Source of the DNA: Cenococcum geophilum | Taxonomy: Eukaryota | DNA: 64,000 nt | Assembly: GCA_050273025.1 (NCBI GenBank) | Contig: CP158636.1 | Coordinates: 620,001-684,000 of the forward strand | Reading direction: 5' to 3' | Shown here: positions 51,112 to 62,567 of the stretch, piece after piece | Numbering within the stretch: position 1 is the stretch's first letter | How the letters are laid out: the number at the start of each line of letters is the position of its first letter | The notes under the pieces: generated by a model | Database searches by the model: none | Seen by the model: only the letters and a program-made list of their open reading frames with translations | Told to the model about the DNA's origin: nothing | Program-made: the position numbers and the translations under genes

Positions 51112-54100
51112 TTAACCATATTGCATTTCCTGTATTAGAGATGAATAGTGCTTAGAGCATGCGACAGTAGTAGGATGCTCTGGGCCAAGTGCACGTTTAT
51201 ATCCGCTGCCTGCCCTTTGATATAGCACTGAAGCAGCTTCATATTGTTGCTGTTGATGAAGAAGGAAAGCCAGGAAGTATACGCTGGCTAGCGTATCTGG
51301 GTGCTCCTTCCCCAGCGCCTTCTCTCTTCCCTCCAGTGCTCGTCGGTTCATCTCCTCTGCCGCTTCGTACTTTCCCTGGTACTGCAGCACGGCCGCCAGG
51401 TTGCTCACGCTGGTTAGCGTGGAAGGGTGCTCTTTCCCCAGCGCCTTCTCATATCCCTCTAACGCTCGCCGGTTTGTCCCCTCTGCCGCTTCGTACTTTC
51501 CCTGCCGCCGCAGCACCAATGCCAGGTCGCTCACGCTGGTCAGCGTGTCTGGGTGCTCTTTCCCTAGCGCCTTCTCTCTTCCCTCCAGCGCTCGCCGGTT
51601 CATCTCCTCTGCTGCTTCGTACTTTCCCTGATACTGCAGCACGGCCGCCAGGTTGCTCACGCTAGTCAGCGTGGAAGGGTGCTGTTTCCCTAGCGCCTTC
51701 TCTCTTCCCTCCAGCGCTCGCCGGCTCATCTCCTCTGCTGCTCCGTACTTTTCCTGATACTGCAGCGCGACCGCTAGGTTGCTCACGCTAGTCAGCGTGG
51801 AAGGGTGCTGTTTCCCTAGCGCCTTCTCTCTTCCCTCCAGCACTCGCCGGTTCATCTCCTCTGCTGCTTCGTACTTTCCCTGATATCGTAGCGCTAACGC
51901 CAGGTTGCTCACGCTGGTCAGCGTGGAAGGGTGCTGTTTCCCTAGCGCTTTCTCTCTTCCCTCCAGCGCTCGCCGGTTCATCTCCTCTGCTGCTTCGTAC
52001 TTCCCCTGATATTGCAGCACGAGCGCTAGGTTGCTCACGCCGGTCAACGTGTCTGGGTGCTCTTTTCCCAGCGCCTTCTCTCTTTCCTCCATTACTTGCA
52101 GCAATGGCTTTTTTGCTTCATTATATCTTCCGTCACTTAGCAAGCATAGTCCAAATTTCTCACATAGCCCTAGTCCCTGATTCATCTCCTCTACCCAGAG
52201 TGTCGAACCTAAGATATATTGCGCATGTGGTAAATAGGCCCTCCAAATGCTCCGATCTGCATGGTTATTGTTTGGGAAAATTTCTTCTAATCGTGCAATA
52301 GCCTTAGCTTCCCATCTGGCTAAAGAGTCCTCTTTTGTTAACCAGTTGCGGGTGGCGAGGTGCACAAGTTGGTGAAGATCTAGCGATTGGCCTGCTGACT
52401 GCCTGCTGACGAACGAGTACGCATCTAGAGTGCCGATTGCGTCGACTTCCGCTTTGCGTGACTTTGCTGGCGGCAGGAGTGACTGTGGGATGTCCTTTGG
52501 GTCTACGCAGGACATAATCGATAAGTATTCGGCTGCTAGAGGATCATGGTGTCGGATCTGGTTAAACGAGACCAGCCAGGTGGTGGCCACTGGGTTCTTG
52601 GCGTCTCGGTATCGCGCCTCGTCTTCAAAGTCCTCACTAAGAATCTTGACGGCACTTTCTTTATGGTCTTTCAGCAGCAAGAGATAGTCTGCAAATGCGA
52701 TCCCATTCTTGTTGATGTAAGCAGCTGCCTGGGCGATAGCCAGGGGGAGAAAGGTGAGTTGCTCGACCAGCTCGGCCGCGTTCTGACGATTTTTAAGGAG
52801 GCTCGGGTCGGCCAAGGACTTGGCTAGCATCTGTGAAGCTGTCTCTTCGTCCATCTCGGAAACCTCAACGATGTTTTGATGCGCTAAACCAACGGCAATC
52901 TTCCGGCTCCGAGTGGTAAAAACGATTGAACCCTGACTACTTTGTGGGAGGTAGTCAATTAAACTAGCCCTGCTGCTGCTGCCGATCCACATATCAACGT
53001 CGTCGGCATTATCAAAGATAAGTAGCCAGTGACCCGCCTTTTTCTGGCTCAAATACTGTTGCACTAGCTTCTTTACGTCTGCCTGTCCCTCTTCTAGTCC
53101 GGGTATGCCTAGCTGCTGCCCAATGGTTAGGTATGCCTGCTGAAAGCTTTCAACGTTTGTCGCTGGCACCCAGAGAAGAGAGCAATCTCCGTACTTCTCT
53201 CTTGTTCGGTGTGCCAGCTCGAGCGCGATCTGGGTCTTCCCCACTCCACCGAGACCGAAAACCGCAGTCTTTTGAGTCCGGCCGTTCACAAATAATGTAC
53301 TTTCAAGTCTTTCAAGCTGAGGGCTTCGGCCTACAAAACGCGAGTTCCGTTCGAAAGGGACATTCCAGCAAGCCTTACGAGCATCTAGATAGAGATTAGC
53401 ACGAATAGTTTAAACATAATAAATAACTTACTAGCTTGAAGCCCTATAACGCGACGCGCATTAAATTCCTACTCAAGATAAGTAACTCTTGGCCGCGTTA
53501 AGAAGAGGTGTAACCTCTTACATAGACAACGGATGCGAACGCAGTATCTGTTCTATCTGTGTAGCATTAGCGCAAAACAGCGCGCTTGTATCTAGGCAAA
53601 GTTGTCTATATACACACTCTGCTTTTGATTCAGGTTTAAAACGCAGTCTCTGACTCGGAACTTCTGCGCTTGATGGTTGATGTATCCATCCGTGGCTGCT
53701 TCGATAGCACCTTGTTGTTGGTACTCGGCCAGTCCAATGTCCTGTAGCCCTTGGTCCACGTTAAAGCGGAAGTACCGTTTTTCATCAAAATGCTGACGCC
53801 ACTTCGCTATAAATCTCTTCTCGGTCTCTTCTGTCTGGGTAGCAATCCCCACGAGTGTTCTAGAGAGGAACCCTAGTATATTATCTTCAATCGCCTTCTT
53901 CCCAGGGTTTCCGGTTCCGATTGAGATAAAACACTTGACTAGGGGCTTTAGATCTCCCGTTTCGGCGCACCAAATATTTGAAGCCTCTCCTTCCACCTCG
54001 TCTACGGGGTTGTTCGCGCCTAAGCCACCATCAGCAAATCTGCGGGCCCCGATATCGACAGGGTCGAAGTAGCTCGTTGCGGCTGATGTTGCTAATGCTG

Positions 54101-54757
54101 CTTTGCAGATTGTAGCAGGAACGCCGGTCTCGTCAGTCAGGTTATAGCTTCTCAGGCGTACTATTTCCTTCGTCTCGTGCGCAACACTGCACACGAACCT
54201 GTCCGTCCGCATTAGCGTGGTGTGATCCGTATATCAGGGCTACTAACACTCGACATCCCCGAGCAGTCCCGCTGTCAAAGAGCTCTGTGCTAGAGGCATT
54301 GTGGTTGGTGACCACCTTCTCAACGGCACTCTTTAGCTTCTTTGAGTCGAAGCGTGCCTTGGTTTTGCCGGTCCAACTAAACGGGAGCTTGCTTGATCTC
54401 TTGCCAAACACCGTCTCCATGAGCTCGCTATATGCCGCGATGCATTCGTCTACGTCCATTTCAAGCCGGCCTAGCATGATAGCGATCAAACTTGCTTAGT
54501 TGGCTAAATCTAGCAGTTAGTTTCAGGGCTGCGCACCCGCCCGTGCTTGTGCCGCCGATGAGATCGAACAGCTCGCATGGCTTCACTCGAGGAAGGCTGG
54601 CTTCTTGACGTTCGTGGTTGAGCCGCGCCATGAGACCCTTTAGAATGTAGAGCGTGGAGAGCCCACGGACTCCGCCGCCATCGAGGGACAGCAGGCAGAG
54701 GCCGGTGCGATCGAGGGGCTTCGACTCGGCGCCATGCTGTGTTGCCAGCGTCTGCAT
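51112..54757 (-). CDS. Fungal NLR: patatin-like phospholipase, NB-ARC, TPR (PLP-1-like), 6 exons
   Basis: DGGGVRG, GTSTGG, DGG; introns 54491-54536 and 54199-54247, then two microexons (~35 and ~37 nt, ~53430-53556) keep frame into VPFERNSRFVGR, P-loop GLGGVGKT, LLIFDNADD, LPLAI and 42-aa TPRs. Confidence 0.9.
51328..52083 (-). repeat. Six near-identical 126-bp TPR-coding repeats
   Basis: REKALGK(E/Q)HP(D/S)TLTSVSNLAxxLxYQGKYEAAEEMNRRALEG x6. Confidence 0.95.
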
Positions 54758-57578
54758 CGCCGCCGTTTTCGATGTACGAGTCGGGACGTGTTGCAAGAGG
54801 AGTGTAGGGCGCTTGAACAGGTGCTAGAAGAGAGAGCGCACTCTCCCTGCTGGGCTGAGGAAGAAGGCTAGCCAACAGAGCTGTGCGTGCTGGGCGCATT
54901 CGTCGCAGCTCGCGCCGGCCAGTAGCAGGGGAGAACTGAGGGAGCTCGGGTGTGGCACGCCGCCTTGAGGACACCAGCGATGCCAGCCAGTCAAACGATG
55001 TATACTGTTAATGCCATTTGCTACACAGATGCAATATGTCCTGAAGCATAAGCAGTATCGTACTTTAACATTGTTTATTCTACATCTTTAATGAAAATAA
55101 GCTAATGCGCACTGGCATAACCAAAGACTTCAGAGGTGGCACATCGCCACCGCTAGCAGGAGGGTGGAACCCGCTCCGGCCACACCCTTGTAAAGCTTAA
55201 GCGCCATATGATAGAGCACCAAGTTGCCTGCGCTAGATCGACGAATCTTGTGCTTGCATATCTCCGAAGAAAGCTTAGCTCTAGAAAAACCCTGAGGGCT
55301 CGTTCGGTTGTAAAATTTCACGTCAGATCAGAACCGAAAGTCCGGCAGAAAAGGACGCGTTCCTTCCTAATTTGGTACGCGCTTGTGGCTTTGTGAAAGC
55401 ACGGGCGTGTGCAATCTGGAGGCTTCGGATTGAGTTGAATTCTGAATCTGGAATTTTAAGCTCCATATTGAACTGACGCCAAGAGCTTCAGTTCGGAGGC
55501 TCACACGGTAGGGTTGCCAACTTTTTAGTAACTTTTAACGTTGGGGCATCCATAGACAAGGCTCGAGGTAAGGGGTCAGATATGAATAGCCCAGAATCAT
55601 GGTAGGTGAGGCAGCCGATGGATTTTCTGGGGGATTCTCCAGGGTAGGCAGCTGTGGGTGGTGGTGGTGCCGCCGAATCCCACTTGCCAATCCTTGAGAA
55701 ACGCTTTCGATAATCTCTTCCCTCTGCCCCTTTCTTTCTCCACTGTTTTCAATATGGTCTGACCACTGTTTATCCTGCCACTTGACTTGTGCACGCGGGA
55801 AAGATGCAGTGCCTTGAGCTAGAAAAACTGTGGGGTTGCTTGACCTGCAGGTGTGCCGCGCAGCCTTCTGGAATTCCTGCTACCATGTAGATTTCACTCG
55901 AGGTGCATGACATCATTCCAACCGTCTAACGCTTCAAAAAGGATTTCCAAGGTTAATACTCCGTAATGCTCCATATTATGATTACAAGTAGGTCACAAGG
56001 TTTTACTTGGTATCTCGTCGGCCCGACTCAAGCGCCATACTATTTTCTGTAGCTATTAGAGCCGCATTTGACCCCCAACGTTTCGATGTCAAATCATCAA
56101 GCGGGGTTTTGGGCCCTCATTTTTCCTGCCATCTTAAAATGCGCTACCGGGCCGATTGTATGTTCTCCGACTGGAATAAGCGAGTCCACAGCCAGGCAGT
56201 GGAACCAAGTTATTTTACATACTCCGTACCCCCTTGTAACGACCCTGTTCGAAATTGCGCCATTCAAGCGAAGGACATAATCGCCAGCTAATCACTGGGC
56301 CTTTGGGATGCAACACCTAACTACCAAGGCCATGAAGAGGACGACCTGAACTGTCAATCATTGGAAGAAACAGAATATTATACCAGTATCAACGATCAAG
56401 ATGGATGCAATGCGCCCGCTCAGCAACCCCTCAGTTCAACCGATGCTCCGCAACCCGTGACTTCGGTCTGTCCAACCAACGCGGCCTGGGGATATCCGAC
56501 TGATGATCAACAGGTTTTGACTGGATACAATCCCGATACATCGCACGCTCAGAACTATGGGTATCGTCCGTCTGACGCTCCAGTCACTCCTTCGTATTCA
56601 TCGGAGAATATGTCATTCCCACCTTGAGTTGCATGAGGATGTTGGTGGAGTCAAAGGTCACGGGGCTACACTAATAATTCTAAGGCGCGAAAGACACGCA
56701 AACGTCCTTGAGGTTTGATGAATTCGATCCCGATATCAGGGTCTGGTATGATTGATTTGTTGATTTGCCAGCCTAACCTGGTAGACTTTGAGAGTGCCTG
56801 TGACACTGGCTGGGAAGTGACCGGGAAGTACGTCTTGTATGAGAGATGGCTGGCATCCGGGGTCATATCTGTTGCCTGGGATGGATGAAAATTAGGATGG
56901 GATGATGATTGGCGGTGACTGTATAGTGGTCCACCATGCCCTGCTCTTGACATGCTGCACGTCATCGAACTCTACCAATACATGACTTTGTGTGACCACA
57001 TCTTCCGCAGTGAAAGTACCCACCCGGCATTTGTCTATCTCCATTGTAATCTTCGTCTTAGTCGCTGAAGAAGTGAGATCAGAACATTCCAATATCAAAA
57101 GGGTATGACCCGCTTCGGTCGGAACCCAGCTATACTTCCACGCCGAACAGACAGTTCTCGGGCGCCGGACGATGAGGAGGTAAATCGAGGGAAAAGAGAG
57201 GTCTCTAGGTAAAGGCTAAACTAAGTGTTGTGTTTCAAAGGTGTATTGACATGATTAGGTATCCGTGTCCAGGCTGAAGGTGCACGTGTCGAATGCAGTT
57301 GAAATTGCGATTTTAATTGCGACAGAATATTTGCATTTTCGGCGGGATTGGGGGCGCAGGCTACGCCTAACTGGGGTAAGTGCGGCTCCACACACCGGAG
57401 AAAAGTAATACGGCGCTCGGGTGGCGCTGGCGTGCCCCTTCGGGATCATGTTTCGCGAATAAAAATACAGCTGAAACAAGCCGCCTCCACATTCTGACCA
57501 CCTTTGAGAATTCTACCAGCTTTTCAATTTGAACCATGCATCTCTTGGAAAAAACCCTATAATAGCTTTCTAACCACA

Positions 57579-58556
57579 ATGGCCACCACATCCTCGCCCG
57601 CGTCTAGCAAAACATTTAAGCTTAACAATGGCGTCATCATCCCCGGCGTCGGCTTCGGTACCTTTGCTAGTGAAGGTACAAAGGGGGATACATACCGTGC
57701 CGTCTCCCATGCTCTAAAGGCAGGTTACCGTCACCTCGACTGCGCCTGGTACTACCAGAATGAAGACGAGGTTGGCGAGGCAGTGCGGGACTTCCTCGCC
57801 CAGAACCCAAGCGTGAAGCGATCCGACCTTTTCATCACTACGAAAGTGTGGAGTCACCTGCACGAGCCCGACGAGGTGAAGTGGTCGCTGGAAAACTCGC
57901 TCGAGAAGCTTCAGGTGGACTACGTTGACCTGTTCCTTCTGCACTGGCCCATTGCTGTCGAGAAGGATCAGAAGAACATGCCGAAGCTTGGCGCCGACGG
58001 CAAGTACATCATCAAGAAAGGCCTGACGGAGAACCCAAAGCCGACATGGCGCGCGACGGAGGAGCTGTATGCCGCTGGGAAGGCGCGAGCAATTGGCGTT
58101 TCGAACTGGACGATTCCGGGCCTGGAAAAACTGCTTCAGATTGCCAAGGTCAAGCCGGCCGTCAACCAGATCGAGATCCATCCCTTCTTGCCGAACGCGG
58201 AGCTTGTTGAGTTCTGCCTCTCGCACGGCATTCTGCCAGAGGCATATTCGCCGCTGGGCTCGCAGGACCAGGCGCCTAACACGGGCGAGAAGGTGCGGAC
58301 GAACCCAGCGCTGAATGAAGTCGCGGAACGCAGCGGCAACACGCTCGCGCAAGTGCTGCTGGCGTGGGGCTTGCGGAGAGGCTACGCGGTGCTGCCAAAG
58401 AGCTCGACGCCGTCACGAATCGACAGTAACTTGCAGGTGCCTACACTGAGCGATGCGGACTTTGAGGCAGTGAACAAGGTTGCAGAGGGACGCCATACAC
58501 GGTTCGTCGATATGAAGGATACGTTCGGATACGATGTGTGGGCCGACGAGAAGTAG
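57579..58556 (+). CDS. Aldo-keto reductase, NADP-dependent glycerol dehydrogenase (gldB/gld-1-like), intronless
   Basis: GVGFGT, GYRHLDCAWYYQNE, DLFITTKVW, DLFLLHWP, AIGVSNW, NQIEIHP, AYSPLGSQ, RFVDMKDTFGY. Confidence 0.9.
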   Translation: MATTSSPASSKTFKLNNGVIIPGVGFGTFASEGTKGDTYRAVSHALKAGYRHLDCAWYYQNEDEVGEAVRDFLAQNPSVKRSDLFITTKVWSHLHEPDEVKWSLENSLEKLQVDYVDLFLLHWPIAVEKDQKNMPKLGADGKYIIKKGLTENPKPTWRATEELYAAGKARAIGVSNWTIPGLEKLLQIAKVKPAVNQIEIHPFLPNAELVEFCLSHGILPEAYSPLGSQDQAPNTGEKVRTNPALNEVAERSGNTLAQVLLAWGLRRGYAVLPKSSTPSRIDSNLQVPTLSDADFEAVNKVAEGRHTRFVDMKDTFGYDVWADEK

Positions 58557-59684
58557 CCTGGCCAATTCCCAAGGGAACACGAGATGCGGTATTGGCGGCG
58601 TTTGGTGAAAGTAGCTTTTGGCAAAGGGAGGATTGATACCACGTATATAGTTACATAGAGAGGTTGCTCATATAAAGTCTCTTAGCTAGCGGGGGCGCCA
58701 CTGGGGCGTCACGAGGGCGTCGTGAGGAAGAGCAGGAAAAGATTGTCAATAGAGGCGCTGGGGGAATAAAAGTGAACTAGCCACATTAGGGCCGTGTGGG
58801 ATCCAGCCCCGGAGAATATGCGAGTGAGAAAATTGTGAAAATTGTGAAAGATTATGAAGGGTAGGAAGATTACGGAGGGTGATTTTGTCCAGGGTCTGTC
58901 AAAGCCGCATACTGAAGCCGACGACAACGCTGGAGCGCAGAGATGCGAGGGTTGATGTAATAGAAAGTGCCACAGCCGTAGTTAGCTCGCAGATAGGAAT
59001 CTTCCCCGCTGGTTTCTTCCGTTTAGGCAGGATGTGACGGCTTACATGCTTCTTATCAATGCTGTCATTTCGTTCCCCCGGCTCTTTGCTGCGGAAGAAA
59101 AGCATGATCGCCCCTCTGCCTTACCCTCTTCCGTCCCTCAACATGTTTGTGGAAAATGTGGCTGGCGCATTTGTCGGCGATCAACGCGATCGGCATCAGG
59201 GAGAAGCGAAACCAAGGCGTTCCCTAACCACGCCCAATGTCCTCATCATCAGCAAATGCCATACAATCATGACCAGAAGCCAGTGCCAGCGGGTGTTTTC
59301 TTGAAATATCAAACCGCTGTGTGTTTAGCATTCAGTCTCTATGAAACAAAAGAAAAAGCAACCCGTTTCACCTGTCACTGCCAGCCTCGGTCATCAGCCT
59401 CTTCCAGCCTAAACAAAATGGGTGCGGGAAGGGATCCACCTCCTTAGTCGGTGGCTTATTGAGCTGCATCAGAAATCTCCGCGAGTTGGTGGAAATGCCT
59501 GTCTCTAAGCCCAGTTATTGGATACACTCCGGATACGTTCCATTTTGTTGCGCAAGCTTGCGTCCTTCAGCTCTTAGATCTCTGATTCTTCAATATATTT
59601 CCCGCCCACGCGCGCTTTTCTTATCATCAACATGGTCTCTCAACCTTGGCTTTCTCCCTCTCCACTGTACTCCTGCACTTCGCA

Positions 59685-61740
59685 ATGTTCAGATCCTTCA
59701 CATCAGATAAAGAGCCATTTTTGTTTGGAGATGCAGTCAGCAGGTATGCGTCACTACCTTCTGCCTTTACCAAAATAGCCACCTCGGTGCACCGACCCGC
59801 TTGGAACCCTGCTAATCCTCTTCCCGGTAGATATGATGCCCCGCGGCCCTGCACCGCGGCACAAGTCGAGCATCGTAATTCAATGTCTTCAGTCGCATCC
59901 TCACGCTATACACGCTCTTCTAGAGATTCAATGTCCTCGGAGCGTTCTTCCGTAGCTTCCTACAGCAGCATTTCCTCGTATGGTTCAAATTTCGTGACTG
60001 CCCCCACTCTCGTAAAAACTCCGTGGGAACTTGAACGATATAAAAAGCACCCGATACCGCGTCGGACAAGACCAGTTGGCCTCCTTCCTCCACACGTCTT
60101 CCAGGAACTGCCCCGGGAGATCTATGATTGTATATTGCAGCAACTACAACTCCTACATTTTGATACCGCATCCCAAGTATGCCTGTCATGCTATCTGCGT
60201 GATATCCGCAATCTTGGATTGACGAGCCGAGCGTGGGATAAAGCTGCGAGGGAACAATTGTGAGCATGTTCGCCTGCGTCGGACCCTAAATGTGGGCTGA
60301 CAAAACCATTGCAGATACCGCAGCATTTGGATAGTTACTGACGATGCGCATCACGAATTGAGAAAGCTAAAGGTTAAAAATGCCGGGCGCTTAAAACTTC
60401 TGCGTCGAACACTACGCGAGCGCTCTGTATTAGCAAGATATGTTCAAGAGCTGAAACTACCTGATGTTTACGAACTATATCAAAATGCGTCTCAAGCGGG
60501 AAAGTCGGACATCGTGGACTTGGTAGCGTCGATAGTAATGGCCTGTCCAAACCTTGAAAGAATTACTGGATTCAATATCTCATACGACCATAATTTCGAT
60601 CGGCTGTCCCATGCATTATCAACTAGAAGGAATCTTAGAGCGCGTGTTTGGATTCTGGAAAACCACGAACGGCTTGAGGTCCCCTCGGGTTCTGACAAAA
60701 GCATTAGCGATATCTATTTCCCATACGACGATCCTATAGAAACCTTTGTTCAGCAGAGCGACAATTGGCTCGCTCTAGAAACACTTGTGCTCCATGCACA
60801 AAAGCCTGGATGTATGAATTTTCGATCATTCATAGCGACTTTCAGGAAACTCCCTTCACTCAAGAACCTTCTCTTATCAAATTTCAGCTCTGAAGAATTT
60901 AACGACCGAACCCTACAAGCCTTACCGGCACTACATTCCCTCAGACTACAGGATCTCCATGGTGTGACCGATAAAGGGCTGCTACGATTCGCAACCTCGG
61001 AAGCCGCCAAAACTTTGCGAAGTCTCTCCTTGATTGATCTGGAAATCATGCTCTTGAGCGTGATATCAAAATTCCTCTCTAGCCTCCCCGAACTGCGGAG
61101 ATTTACTCTCGTTCAAGATGGATCCCCTGGCCTGATACCGGGAGCCGTAGCTCCCTTTCCGGTCTTTCAATCCAGGTCCCTTCAATTCCTTCATTGGGAC
61201 ATTCTAGTTCCCGGTACAGCAAACGACGATCTTGCTTCATCAGTTGAAGCTGGTGCATTTCCTAGTCTCAGGACGATAAGAGCGCCAAGTGACCACGACG
61301 GGCTCCTGCAGGATCTCTGTAGGCCGCTGGCGCAGATAGCACACACCAGCGACCAACACCTCGTAAGGAGAATGGATGTTCCTACCGCTAGTGAGACACA
61401 TTACCTCCGCTCTCTTACGGCAGCGAGGATAGCAGCGCAGGAGCGCATTGAGGATGCTCGTCGAAGACCGGGACTCAAGGTGGTAGTGGAGGAAGACGGT
61501 GTAATCCAGCATGTGTACACCATTAGAGCTTACATGGGCACAGTGGGCTCACAGATTGAGTATTCATTGGAACCGGATGTGAAAGGAAGCGAGAATGCTG
61601 TCATTGGGATACCCGATTTGTTGAAAGTGCAGACCCGTACCAAGGATCTCAGGAGAGTGCGGTGGATTCCAGGAAGTGGAGGCTGTTCACACCCTCTGAA
61701 GCGGCAACATGTGCCAGTGGAGTTGGGCAAATTCTTTTGA
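59685..61740 (+). CDS. F-box/LRR-like protein, intron 60260-60314
   Basis: LPREIYDCIL..L.LTSRAWDKAAREQL|YRSIWI F-box pattern, then leucine-rich repeats. Confidence 0.8.
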
Positions 61741-62406
61741 GATATCCAGAATATAGAGGACTAAGATTGGCGTTCCTGTAGGGATTTGAAACGGTGAAAC
61801 GAATTTTCACGAAATACCTAGTTATACACCTTGTATGATGTTTCATCGTTCACTTGCTGGTATGCTAGTACATGAAGTTGACCACGTAGCGAACACCTGC
61901 TTACGTTCTCCTGGTTTATCTCATAAATCAGGCGCTTCGTGGGCGAGAATGGGGCGAGAGCACGTGCGTACTGCTTCCTATCCGCCTTGAATTCTCTGCG
62001 AAGTGTCTGGGAGCTTTTTAGTCGCGATTTGGTGGTAATCAACCACGGATCATTAAATTACTCAAACTTTGCCACCTTTCCCACGTCTAATTATCTTAAA
62101 AATGTTATGAGGTAAAAGCTCTTTAACTTCTTTATTTATTCTATCTAGTAGCTATATCATAGCTATCTTATATTAAAAGTTAAATATAGGTAGGTGTTCG
62201 GATCACGGTGGGGGGGTTTTTGGTTCAATTGTATTCGTCTTCTTCTTTTCTCTACTTCTACAGGTGGAATTTGATGGATCTCCTGAGCTCGCTTAGCTCA
62301 CGTGGTTAACCCAATTGGTTACAAGCAACTGTGTCTACTATATTACAGAACCTTATTCAGACAGTAGGTAATTTAAAATCTAAGTTATTTTCTAGAATAC
62401 TATATC

Positions 62407-62494
62407 TGTGAGGTGACAGGCTCCGCACCACCCAGCCACGGCAAGATGCCAGGCACGGTTGTGCGGAACTGCGAGGTGACTTCGTTACCTGACA
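62407..62494 (+). mobile_element. 88-bp solo mini-LTR with 5-bp TSD (ATATC)
   Basis: atatc|tgtgaggtgac...gttacctgaca|atatc. Confidence 0.75.
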
Positions 62495-62567
62495 ATATCT
62501 TATATCTTAATATAATAGATATAAAGCTTTAGTATATGTGGGGAGAGAAATAATTACTTAAAGAATC

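Noticed and set aside
56000..57200. Short ORFs with intron-like signals between the NLR and AKR
   Set aside because: No coherent spliced model or known domain could be built; possibly a decayed gene.
46400..58600. Starship element (patatin and NLR genes are common cargo)
   Set aside because: No DUF3435 tyrosine-recombinase captain is recognisable in the window.
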